The notes below the pieces were generated by a model. That model was not told the DNA's origin. It was given only the letters and a program-made list of their open reading frames with translations, and ran no database searches. A program made the position numbers and the translations under genes. From contig DJFX01000012.1 in NCBI GenBank assembly GCA_002432635.1, forward strand, positions 112 through 64,111: 64,000 nucleotides of DNA, written 5' to 3'. This document shows, in pieces, positions 9,856 to 18,444 of the stretch (its first letter is position 1; every line of letters begins with the position of its first letter). The DNA comes from Halothiobacillaceae bacterium UBA5861 (GTDB lineage: Bacteria; Pseudomonadota; Gammaproteobacteria; UBA5861).

Positions 9856-10623
9856 ATGGAGATCAATCACCGCTACCGGCCGGGAAACACGAACGCACTC
9901 ATTCTTTTTATCCACGGTCTGGGGTGCGATCACCACGCTTTTGACGAAGCCTGGGAAAGTGAAGCATTACAAGGCTACGCCTTACTTGCACCCGATCTGC
10001 CAGGATGTGGCAACAGCCCGCTTCCGAGCGATCAAACACCCACAATGCCTTTTTATGCGGAGGCGCTTGATCAATTACTCTCGGGTTACACCTTTGAGCA
10101 TCTGCATATCGTCGCACACAGTATGGGCAGCGCCCCGGGGCTCTTATTGACCCAAAAGCCACCACTGAAACTGGCTTCCTTCGTTAATATCGAAGGCAAC
10201 CTGGTGCCTGAAGATGCCGGGATGCTCAGCCGACGCACCGCAGAAACGGATTTGGAAACCTTCCAAACAAAAAACTATTTAAAACTCATTGCCAGCGCAG
10301 CACGTTCGGAGGATCCAGGCACCCGCTATTGGGCCGAACAGCTCAAACGCTGCCCGGCAGAGGTTTATCATGCAAAGAGCTGCTCACTGGTCGAGTGGTC
10401 AGACAGTGGCCAACTGCTTAAGATTTTTTCCGCGCTCACTGTACCCAAACTGTACGTGTATGGTGATCGAAGCGTGAACTCAGACGTGCTCAAACAACTG
10501 GATGCCATCCCCCAGCACAAAATCCGCGAATGTGGGCATTTTGTGATGAATGAGCAGCCAAAAGCCTTTTATTCGTTGCTTGCTGACTTTCTAAAAAGTA
10601 CAACCACGGTACAAAACACATGA
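9856..10623 (+). CDS. Alpha/beta hydrolase
   Basis: HGLG oxyanion motif and nucleophile elbow AHSMGS. Overlaps the next gene by 4 nt. Confidence 0.8.
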   Translation: MEINHRYRPGNTNALILFIHGLGCDHHAFDEAWESEALQGYALLAPDLPGCGNSPLPSDQTPTMPFYAEALDQLLSGYTFEHLHIVAHSMGSAPGLLLTQKPPLKLASFVNIEGNLVPEDAGMLSRRTAETDLETFQTKNYLKLIASAARSEDPGTRYWAEQLKRCPAEVYHAKSCSLVEWSDSGQLLKIFSALTVPKLYVYGDRSVNSDVLKQLDAIPQHKIRECGHFVMNEQPKAFYSLLADFLKSTTTVQNT

Positions 10624-12134
10624 CAAACGAAAACCTCTACCATCTGCTCGAAACCCGCTTCCCCACGGGCACCCAAGCTCTGGCATTGACAAGCCCTGAG
10701 AGGCGGTATTCCTACCAAGACATGCAAGTCATCGTGAACCGCTACTGCCAATACATTGCAACAATTGGCCTTCGCCCTGGCGACCGCCTTGCCGTACAAA
10801 CGGATAAATCACCCGAAGCTGTTTTTTTATACCTTGCCTGTTTAAAGGCCGCCGTTATCTACATTCCGCTGAATATTGCTTATACGGCGACCGAAATGGC
10901 TTACTTTATTGAGAATGCTCGCCCATCCTGTCTGGTATGCAGCCCAGACAATCAGACGGCCCTCACACCCATTGCGGAAAAATTAGGGGTCAAAACGATT
11001 GAGACCATGGATGCGCAGGGCCAAGGCAGCTGGGCAACACAAGCCAGCAAAATGACAGAGGCCTGCGACACTCAGCCCGTTCATGGTGATGACATCGCCG
11101 TTATCCTTTACACGTCCGGCACAACTGGCCGCTCCAAAGGAGCTATGCTCAGCCACGAAAACCTGAAACATAACGCGCAGACGCTGCACACACTTTGGGG
11201 GTGGAAACCCGGTGACGTACTGTTGCACGCACTCCCTATCAATCATGCTCATGGCTTGTTTGTCGCCCTTCACTGCTCACTGCTAAACGGCTCGAACATG
11301 CTGTTTCTACCGCGATTTGACCCCACAACCGTCATCAAGCTGTTGCCTGAAGCGACTGTAATGATGGGCGTACCCACCTTTTACACGCGTCTGCTGGCTC
11401 AGGATGGCTTCAACAAAGCGGTTTGCCGCAATATGCGGCTGTTCATCAGTGGTTCAGCGCCCTTGCTCGAATCCACCTTTGAAGCCTTTGAAGAGCGCAC
11501 CGGGCATCGCATTCTTGAACGTTACGGGATGACAGAAGCCGGCATGATCACCTCTAACCCGCTGGAAGGAGAACGGGTTGCCGGCAGTGTCGGCTTCCCC
11601 TTACCCGGTACCGAGGTCCGCGTGGTGAATGATAGCGGCGTTGCGCTCCCTGACGGGGAGAAAGGCATGTTGCAAATCCGGGGGAAGCATGTTTTCAAAG
11701 GTTACTGGCAAATGCCGGAAAAAACCCGTGAAGAATTCACCGAAGATGGTTTCTTTATGACCGGAGACATCGCCACCTGTATTGACAGCCGGATCACCAT
11801 CGTCGGCAGGGGGAAAGATTTAATCATCAGTGGCGGTTACAACGTTTACCCCAAAGAGGTAGAACAGGTTATTGATGCCATTGAGAATGTGCTGGAGTCT
11901 GCGGTGATTGGGCTGCCAGACCCCGACTTTGGGGAGTCAACCACCGCTATTGTTGTGCCAAGTGACCCCTCAGCCCCCCCTACTGATACGGTGATCATTC
12001 AGGCAACCAAAGCGGCTCTGGCGAACTACAAGGTCCCCAAACAGGTATTCTTTCTGGACGCATTGCCACGAAACAGCATGGGAAAAGTACAAAAAAATAA
12101 ACTGCGGGAACAGTTTACATCCGGTCACAGCTAG
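10620..12134 (+). CDS. Malonyl-CoA synthetase-like AMP-dependent ligase (MatB-like)
   Basis: AMP-binding motif YTSGTTGRSKG, then HALPINHAHGLFVA, GYNVYPKEVE and a C-terminal K. The overall pattern is that of the MatB subfamily. Confidence 0.75.
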   Translation: MTNENLYHLLETRFPTGTQALALTSPERRYSYQDMQVIVNRYCQYIATIGLRPGDRLAVQTDKSPEAVFLYLACLKAAVIYIPLNIAYTATEMAYFIENARPSCLVCSPDNQTALTPIAEKLGVKTIETMDAQGQGSWATQASKMTEACDTQPVHGDDIAVILYTSGTTGRSKGAMLSHENLKHNAQTLHTLWGWKPGDVLLHALPINHAHGLFVALHCSLLNGSNMLFLPRFDPTTVIKLLPEATVMMGVPTFYTRLLAQDGFNKAVCRNMRLFISGSAPLLESTFEAFEERTGHRILERYGMTEAGMITSNPLEGERVAGSVGFPLPGTEVRVVNDSGVALPDGEKGMLQIRGKHVFKGYWQMPEKTREEFTEDGFFMTGDIATCIDSRITIVGRGKDLIISGGYNVYPKEVEQVIDAIENVLESAVIGLPDPDFGESTTAIVVPSDPSAPPTDTVIIQATKAALANYKVPKQVFFLDALPRNSMGKVQKNKLREQFTSGHS

Positions 12135-12140
12135 TATCTC

Positions 12141-13199
12141 TCAAGATGAGCCCCGGGCATGGCTTTGCATGCCCGGCTCTGCACTTTCTCCCATCCGTTC
12201 GCCCGAGACAGACCGGAGATTATTCAAAAACTGACGTGTGGCCGCTTCCCAGGAATAGCACTGGGCGGCAGCCAGTGTTTTCTTCCTGTCCACCTTCAGT
12301 GCTCGCATTGCGGCTGCGTACAAGTCTTCATCAAGCGCCCCATTTTCACCTTCGCGTACAACATCCACAGGGCCAGTCACGGGGTAGGCCGCGACAGGAA
12401 CACCACAGGCCATAGCCTCTAACATCACCAATCCAAAAGTATCTGTCCGGCTGGGGAAAACAAAAACATCTGCCGCCGCTAAATGCCGAACCAGTTCTTG
12501 CCCTTTCTTTACCCCAACAAAAATTGCGTTTGGAAACTGTTTTTCCAGGCGCAGCCTGTCCGGCCCATCCCCCACAACATAGAGAGTACCTGGTAGCGGC
12601 AAGGATAAAAAAGCTTCAATATTCTTTTCAACCGCCACCCGGCCAAGATACATGAAAACCGGTTTATCTCCGGGCAATTCGGTGTTGTCCTGCGGACGAA
12701 ACAGGCTGACATCAACGCCTCTGGACCACTTGACCAAATTTGAGAATCTACGATCTTTTAATACTTGCATCTGAGAGTCAGTGCTGACCATGGTGCACAC
12801 GGCCCGCCGGTGAAACCAACGTAAAAAAGCATAACTGATGCCCAGTGGAACCGGTAGACGTAAACGCAGATATTCCGGGAATTGCGTATGGTACGAGCTA
12901 CTGAAACACAGCCCGTTTTTCATACAAAATCGCCGAGCTGAAAGACCAAGCGGACCCTCTGTCGCAATATGGATAGTGTCTGGCTGGAAGTCCTTAATCA
13001 TTTTCGCAAGACGCCGCCCCGGGAAAAGAGCCAGAGGAATGGCGTGATAGCCCGGCATGGGTAAGCTCGGGAATTGATCGGGGCCAATGACGTTGACTTG
13101 GTGCCCCCACATCTGGAGGTAGTGCCGAGTTTGTTCCAGTGTACGCACGACGCCGTTCACTTGTGGCCGCCAGGCATCAGAAATAATCAGAACCTTCAC
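12141..13199 (-). CDS. Glycosyltransferase family 4
   Basis: GT-B fold with EX7E-type C-terminal motif (FGLVMLEAMACGVPV). Confidence 0.8.
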   Translation of the reverse strand: MKVLIISDAWRPQVNGVVRTLEQTRHYLQMWGHQVNVIGPDQFPSLPMPGYHAIPLALFPGRRLAKMIKDFQPDTIHIATEGPLGLSARRFCMKNGLCFSSSYHTQFPEYLRLRLPVPLGISYAFLRWFHRRAVCTMVSTDSQMQVLKDRRFSNLVKWSRGVDVSLFRPQDNTELPGDKPVFMYLGRVAVEKNIEAFLSLPLPGTLYVVGDGPDRLRLEKQFPNAIFVGVKKGQELVRHLAAADVFVFPSRTDTFGLVMLEAMACGVPVAAYPVTGPVDVVREGENGALDEDLYAAAMRALKVDRKKTLAAAQCYSWEAATRQFLNNLRSVSGERMGESAEPGMQSHARGSS

Positions 13200-13217
13200 T
13201 GTATGTCAGCCAAGCTG

Positions 13218-14012
13218 TCAGGCATTACTGGCGATAGCCGATTCTTCGTTGTGCGTGTGCAGTGTGTTGCACTGGTCCGACCAATGAATCACCTCAAGCT
13301 TACCGTCAAAGTTTTCGGTTAAGGCGGTGCAACTTTCGACCCAGTCACCATCATTGCAGTACAAAACGCCATCCATGATTTTAATTTCCGGGTGATGGAT
13401 ATGCCCGCAAACCACACCGTCTACTTTTGCTTTACGCGCTTCATTGACGACCGCTTCTTCATAATTGCTGATCACAGCCACGGCATTTTTAACTTTGTGT
13501 TTGATATACGCCGAAATCGACCAGTAGGGATAGCCCAGTTTGCGGCGGACATAATTGAAGTAGCGATTGAATTTTAATAGCAGCTCATAAGCAACATCAC
13601 CGACATGTGCGACAAAGCGGCTGTAACAGACAATACTGTCAAATTCATCCCCATGTAAAATCAACAGGCGTTTGCCTGTCGCAGTTGTAAAAATATCGCG
13701 CCTTTTGATTTCGATGTTGCCAAACTCTGTGCCCACGTGATCGCGAATGGGCTCATCGTGGTTACCTGGGATGTAAATGACTTTGGTTCCGTGCTTGGCT
13801 TTGCCCAAGATGGTTCGAATGACATCGTTATGGCTCTGCGGCCAATAGAAACCCCGCTTCATCGCCCAGAGATCAATAATATCGCCCACCAGGTAAAGAT
13901 AGTCGCATTGTGTATTACGAAGAAAGTCGAGGAGATAATCGGCATTGCACCCTCGACTTCCGAGATGAAGATCCGAAATCCAGAGCGTCCGGTACTTGAG
14001 CGGTGTCATCAT
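13218..14012 (-). CDS. LpxH-family metallophosphoesterase (annotated in databases as UDP-2,3-diacylglucosamine diphosphatase-like)
   Basis: LWISDLHLG, GDIIDLW and GNHD motifs. Sits 18 bp upstream of the GT4 gene on the same strand. The start is set at the MMTPL internal Met. Confidence 0.7.
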   Translation of the reverse strand: MMTPLKYRTLWISDLHLGSRGCNADYLLDFLRNTQCDYLYLVGDIIDLWAMKRGFYWPQSHNDVIRTILGKAKHGTKVIYIPGNHDEPIRDHVGTEFGNIEIKRRDIFTTATGKRLLILHGDEFDSIVCYSRFVAHVGDVAYELLLKFNRYFNYVRRKLGYPYWSISAYIKHKVKNAVAVISNYEEAVVNEARKAKVDGVVCGHIHHPEIKIMDGVLYCNDGDWVESCTALTENFDGKLEVIHWSDQCNTLHTHNEESAIASNA

Positions 14013-14124
14013 ATGTATGTTTTCGCTTTGTCTTTCCATTAGGTAAGATTAGCGAGCAAACATGACAGTACAGCTAAAGCTGAATGAACCTTTTATGACA
14101 TGGCAGGCCGAATCTGAGGCCCGT

Positions 14125-15003
14125 TTATTGCGTCAACCGCTGAATAACGTCCTGATATTTTTGCCGTGTTTTTTCAATGACCTCAGCAGGTAGTGAGGGG
14201 CCCGGCGGCTTTTTATCCCACGAGAGAGATTCCAGGTAATCGCGCACAAACTGCTTATCAAAACTTGGCGGGGCCTCTCCTGGCACCCAGGCATCGGCAG
14301 GCCAAAATCGTGAAGAGTCCGGTGTGAGCACCTCGTCCATGAGCCGCAATTGACCCTTTTCATCCGTACCGAATTCAAATTTCGTGTCTGCGATCAGAAT
14401 ACCGCGTGGGCGCGCATAATCCACGGCAAACCGGTATAAAGCCAGGCTTACCTGCTTAACTTGCTCCGCCAATGCACGGCCTAGCAAGTCCACTGTTTTC
14501 TGAAAGTCGATGTTCTCGTCATGGTCGCCAATTGCAGCCTTGCTGGACGGAGTGTACAAAGGTTCTGGCAGCGGATCAGCCAACCGCAAACCGGCGGGTA
14601 AATCAATCCCGCAAACCACGCCACTGGCTTGATAATCCTTCCACCCGGAGCCGGCAATAAAGCCACGTACAATAGCCTCCACCGGCAGAGGAGTTAAACG
14701 CTTGACGAGCATGCTTCGGCCTTTCGCCCAAGCGTATTCATCCGGATCAGGCAAAACCTCTTCCAGTGTTAGGTTCGCAAGATGGTTCGGAATAATATGT
14801 TGCGTTTTTTTAAACCAGAACAATGAAATTTCCGTCAGCAAGCGGCCTTTATCCTTAATCGCTGTGGGCAGAATCACATCAAACGCCGAGACCCGGTCCG
14901 TGGCAACCATCAAAAAGTGGTTTTCATCCACAGCGTAGAGGCAACGGACTTTGCCCTCTCTCACTAACGGTAACGATTTTATTTTTTGCGCATCAGAAGA
15001 CAT
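14125..15003 (-). CDS. purC: Phosphoribosylaminoimidazole-succinocarboxamide synthase (long form)
   Basis: SAICAR synthetase motifs (GKVR..Y, LIADTKFEFG, VLTPDSSRFW). Confidence 0.9.
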   Translation of the reverse strand: MSSDAQKIKSLPLVREGKVRCLYAVDENHFLMVATDRVSAFDVILPTAIKDKGRLLTEISLFWFKKTQHIIPNHLANLTLEEVLPDPDEYAWAKGRSMLVKRLTPLPVEAIVRGFIAGSGWKDYQASGVVCGIDLPAGLRLADPLPEPLYTPSSKAAIGDHDENIDFQKTVDLLGRALAEQVKQVSLALYRFAVDYARPRGILIADTKFEFGTDEKGQLRLMDEVLTPDSSRFWPADAWVPGEAPPSFDKQFVRDYLESLSWDKKPPGPSLPAEVIEKTRQKYQDVIQRLTQ

Positions 15004-15116
15004 AATTCAAGCCTTAACAACTCATTCAAACGGTTATTCTATCGGTTCACATCACAGGTTCCGAGGCCCACTAGCACTTGGTGAGCCTGGAGCGTAGCTT
15101 TCGGGTGAGCCTTTTG

Positions 15117-15653
15117 TTAAGAAAATTTTTTAGCGTGTGCTCGTAACTTCTTGATAGCCCAATCGTAGTGGCTGGACAAACTGGATACACAATAGCTCCC
15201 GAGCGTAGTAGAGCCTGTCCAGTCAAAATACATTTTAGTGAAAAGCTCTTGATTAGAGAACCTTTCCGTTAATTCCATTACAGATCTATGGCTCGCTTTA
15301 AACATTGTCTTGGCATCGGCAAGTTTAGTTTTTTGGTGCTTTTTCCAAAGTTCATTATTCATTTCACCGTATGTTTTCCATGTATATGGCTCAGGTAGAA
15401 AGTTTGATCTATTTCCTGCCAAGTTAGATCTTATCCAATTCAAAAGCAGCTGATGCCATTCGTAGAGGTGAACCAAGACATCCCTAAGATTTTTGTCTCG
15501 CTTCCAGTGAGCTTCTCTCTTGTTCGAATCGTTTGAAAAGTCAAACTCGGCGGTTAATGACTCTTCTGACATCGAGTCAATCACCTGCCACAGCTGGGCA
15601 AATTTCATATTTGCGGCTTCTACCATTTCGTCTTTAGTCGCAGGTCTTCCCAT
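15117..15653 (-). CDS. ClbS/DfsB-family four-helix-bundle protein (DUF1706)
   Basis: Size is about 178 aa. The W/H-rich pattern (HLYEWHQLLLNWI) is typical of DUF1706. The gene and its flanks are markedly AT-rich compared with its neighbours. Confidence 0.55.
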   Translation of the reverse strand: MGRPATKDEMVEAANMKFAQLWQVIDSMSEESLTAEFDFSNDSNKREAHWKRDKNLRDVLVHLYEWHQLLLNWIRSNLAGNRSNFLPEPYTWKTYGEMNNELWKKHQKTKLADAKTMFKASHRSVMELTERFSNQELFTKMYFDWTGSTTLGSYCVSSLSSHYDWAIKKLRAHAKKFS

Positions 15654-15808
15654 TTCTTTCCCTCTTTAATATCAGCACACATTTGCGTATCCGACAGGCC
15701 TATAATTTTGGTAGACTCTAAAAACTTAAGTTTTACTCTAGAGTCACCTTTCACGTACTCTAAGGCTTTATACCCACTAAATAATTACAATTGCTATGGA
15801 GAAATGAT

Positions 15809-16252
15809 ATGGCTGTGATTAACCCACCAGGGATTCCCATTGAACGCGGGAAAATTCATGAGTTTGCCAACTCAATTGAATGCGATGAACCTCTTTACCA
15901 TGATGAAATTGCGGCAAAAGAAGCGGGCTTACCTTCCGTTGTCATGCCACCAACATACTCTACGGTAGAAAATTTTTTCCCCGCAGCGGGACAAAAAAAC
16001 AAAGTAGAACTGCTTGGACTAGACCTGCGCTTTGTCTTACATGGCGCACAAGAATGGACCATTGAACGTCCGATCTTTGCAGGTGAACACCTGACAATTG
16101 AACACGAAGAGCCCGTTGGCTACACCAAAAAAGGCAAACGTGGTGGCGAAATGCAGTTTTATGACATGGGCATTAACTACAAAGATAAAGATGGCAATGT
16201 TGTCATGCATGTCAAAAGCACTGTGATTCAAACAGGAGGTGTCGTCAAATGA
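15809..16252 (+). CDS. Hotdog-fold protein, MaoC N-terminal-like (HadA-like, non-catalytic subunit)
   Basis: FAS1-like dehydratase/MaoC_dehydrat_N pattern. Upstream RBS GGAGA. Coupled by a 4-nt overlap to the downstream catalytic MaoC protein. Confidence 0.65.
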   Translation: MAVINPPGIPIERGKIHEFANSIECDEPLYHDEIAAKEAGLPSVVMPPTYSTVENFFPAAGQKNKVELLGLDLRFVLHGAQEWTIERPIFAGEHLTIEHEEPVGYTKKGKRGGEMQFYDMGINYKDKDGNVVMHVKSTVIQTGGVVK

Positions 16253-16665
16253 GCAAAGTAGCGATTAGTTCTGTTAAAGAAGGCGACGAATACAGCTTCA
16301 CCGTAAACGACTTTAACCGCACACAGTTTGTGAAATACGCAGGTGGTGGTGGTGACTTCAACCCCATCCATCACGACCAGACCTTTGCGGAGAAAGCAGG
16401 CCTGGAAACGGTCTTCGGCATGGGGCTACTGACCGCCGGTATTTTAAGCCGCGTGCCCGTGGAATGGTTTGGGCCGACCACAGTCCACAAGTACAACGTA
16501 CAGTTCCGCGAACGTCTCTGGCCGGGTGATAATGTTGAATTCAAAGGCGTTGTCGCCAAAACGTATGAAAAAGATGGTGTTGCCTATGCTGACTTGACGC
16601 TGTCTGCCACGAATCAGGATGGCAAACCGCTTATCCTCAGCACGGCAACTGTTCGCGATCAATAG
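16249..16665 (+). CDS. MaoC-family (R)-specific enoyl-CoA hydratase/dehydratase (HadB-like catalytic subunit)
   Basis: Hydratase-2 motif DFNPIHHD. Confidence 0.75.
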   Translation: MSKVAISSVKEGDEYSFTVNDFNRTQFVKYAGGGGDFNPIHHDQTFAEKAGLETVFGMGLLTAGILSRVPVEWFGPTTVHKYNVQFRERLWPGDNVEFKGVVAKTYEKDGVAYADLTLSATNQDGKPLILSTATVRDQ

Positions 16666-16673
16666 CTGCCGAC

Positions 16674-16704
16674 CAGCGGGGTGTGAGCCACATCCACCCC
16701 GCTG
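16674..16704. terminator. Bidirectional stem-loop between convergent operons
   Basis: Perfect 8-bp inverted repeat cagcgggg/ccccgctg with a 15-nt loop, between the hadB-like stop and the TIGR04282-like stop. Confidence 0.4.
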
Positions 16705-16716
16705 ACTTTGTCTCAG

Positions 16717-17364
16717 TCAGTCAATCCAATCGCCGCTGACTGGCTGAATTCCCGAATCCATCAGTCTTTTTAAATCCTCTGGCCGATCCAAGTCCCACGT
16801 TTCAGACAATTCATCCCAGCGCCACCTTAAAACCTGTAACCGGCTTCTTGTTTGCGCCATAACACGTTGTGTTCCCCACGCGATCTTCCAGAAAAGATAA
16901 GGGTGCACTTGCCTTAAGCCAATCAGGGTATAGCCGCCGTCCATTGCCGGGACAAACACGGCAGGCACGCGGTCCAACGACTGAATCGCAGACTGAAATG
17001 TTGCTTTGCTTAAGGCCGGGCAATCCGATCCAACAAGGATCACTTTACGATGAACGTTCAGCCCCTGTTGGAAAGCAAAATGCATACGCCCCCCCAAGTC
17101 AAAACCCTTCTGGCGATAAAAAGCAGCCTGATAGCGTTGTGCCAAGCATACAAAAAACGGCTCCCGGCGTTCGCCTTCTCCCCATATTTCCACATGTGCA
17201 TGGGATACCTCGCTGGCTGTCTTTAATGTTTTTTCCAGTAATTGGGTATGCAATCTGGCCGCCTGCGTGGGCGAAATAGCTTCAAATAAACGGGTTTTTA
17301 CCCGCCCCGCCTCGGGCTTTTTCCCAAAAACAATGATTTTTGCGCCTTTTAATCGGCAGTTCAT
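16717..17364 (-). CDS. TIGR04282/DUF2064-family transferase, the family that partners with ArsS-like radical SAM proteins
   Basis: GT-A-like nucleotide-binding N-terminus (KAKIIVFGKKPEAGRVKTRL) and a DGG motif. It is the last gene of the four-gene minus-strand operon. Confidence 0.6.
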   Translation of the reverse strand: MNCRLKGAKIIVFGKKPEAGRVKTRLFEAISPTQAARLHTQLLEKTLKTASEVSHAHVEIWGEGERREPFFVCLAQRYQAAFYRQKGFDLGGRMHFAFQQGLNVHRKVILVGSDCPALSKATFQSAIQSLDRVPAVFVPAMDGGYTLIGLRQVHPYLFWKIAWGTQRVMAQTRSRLQVLRWRWDELSETWDLDRPEDLKRLMDSGIQPVSGDWID

Positions 17365-18044
17365 CGGGTATTCCGGTAGCGTTGAGCTAACTGATGCGGG
17401 TCAGCGCCGAGATAGAACGCCAAGCGGAGACGCCACATCAGCCAGACGGTCTTGAAGATACCGTTCTGCTCCCAACGTCGGCTGGATGTCACCAAACGTT
17501 GTGATAAACACACGGGACGAGAGTGTGCCTTGGCCTGCTTTGAAAATTGAATGTCTTCCATCAGAGGCATGAGCGGAAACCCACCGATTTGCTCAAAAAA
17601 TGTCCGCATAACAAAGATGCCCTGATCTCCCGTCGCAATGCCACTCAGACGAGAGCGAAAATTTATCATGGTTTCAATGACCCTCAGCGGGCTATGGCTC
17701 CCAGATAAGCGGACATCAAAACGTCCCCAAGGTCGCCCTGTTTTTGTGACGGCCCCTTCGATTACGGCAGCACAATCTATAGGTGCTAGTGTATCGGCAT
17801 GTAAAAAACACAAAATATCGCCCTGGCTGGCGGTTGCGCCCCTGTTCATTTGCACAGATCGGCCCGCCGCTGACTGGATAATATGGTCAACGTACTCTCG
17901 GGCTAACGGAATTGTTTGATCCTGGCTGCCCCCATCGACGAGTACAATTTCATGCCCGTTTGCCCGCTCAGCTTGCAAGCAGTCCAGGGTTTTCTGAATC
18001 ACGGTCTCTTCATTCAAGGTGGGGATGATGAAACTCACCGTCAT
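17361..18044 (-). CDS. GT2 glycosyltransferase, TIGR04283-like
   Basis: IIPTLNEE start, D-G-GS-D and the GT2 DxD/ED motif. Overlaps the downstream gene by 4 nt. Confidence 0.7.
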   Translation of the reverse strand: MTVSFIIPTLNEETVIQKTLDCLQAERANGHEIVLVDGGSQDQTIPLAREYVDHIIQSAAGRSVQMNRGATASQGDILCFLHADTLAPIDCAAVIEGAVTKTGRPWGRFDVRLSGSHSPLRVIETMINFRSRLSGIATGDQGIFVMRTFFEQIGGFPLMPLMEDIQFSKQAKAHSRPVCLSQRLVTSSRRWEQNGIFKTVWLMWRLRLAFYLGADPHQLAQRYRNTR

Positions 18045-18050
18045 GATGAT

Positions 18051-18431
18051 TCACTCATCTGCTGCGCTTATACCAAGACGATTGCCTTCTGAGTCTCTGA
18101 TAATGGCATAGTGACCCGCACCTCCCGGTATGGCCACAGCAGCAGCCAACACTTCGCCACCATATTCGTTAACTCGCTCCAGCAGGGGCGCCAATGCCAA
18201 CCCTGGATTGAGGAAAATCAATGGCCCCCGTTCAGATGGTATGTAGCCTTCCGCACAGATAATCGCACCCTGAGCTTGTGGCCGACCAAAGGTTAATAAG
18301 CCCACGAAATGCGAATCAATTTGTTGTGTGGGTATCGTGCATTCAAACACACGGCTGTAAAAATATTTGGCACGGGAGAATATTTCCACGGGAATTTCAA
18401 ACCAGGCTACGCCCGTCGTGTTTATTTGCAT
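18051..18431 (-). CDS. VOC (glyoxalase/bleomycin-resistance fold) family protein
   Basis: About 126 aa with the paired beta-alpha-beta-beta-beta module pattern. Sits between the radical SAM and GT2 genes with 6- and 13-nt gaps. Confidence 0.6.
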   Translation of the reverse strand: MQINTTGVAWFEIPVEIFSRAKYFYSRVFECTIPTQQIDSHFVGLLTFGRPQAQGAIICAEGYIPSERGPLIFLNPGLALAPLLERVNEYGGEVLAAAVAIPGGAGHYAIIRDSEGNRLGISAADE

Positions 18432-18444
18432 TCTTTCCTGCCTG

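Noticed and set aside
15060-15116. Possible tRNA fragment or att-site remnant next to the ClbS islet (ggttccgaggcccac ... ggtgagcc direct repeat)
   Set aside because: It has no convincing tRNA T-arm/acceptor match and only an 8-bp direct repeat. It is kept only as a note inside the islet finding.
18051-18431. Possibility that the VOC protein in the ArsS cassette is an ArsI-type C-As lyase
   Set aside because: ArsI proteins carry a vicinal Cys-Cys arsenic-binding pair and are about 160 aa. This 126-aa protein has a single Cys and no such pair.
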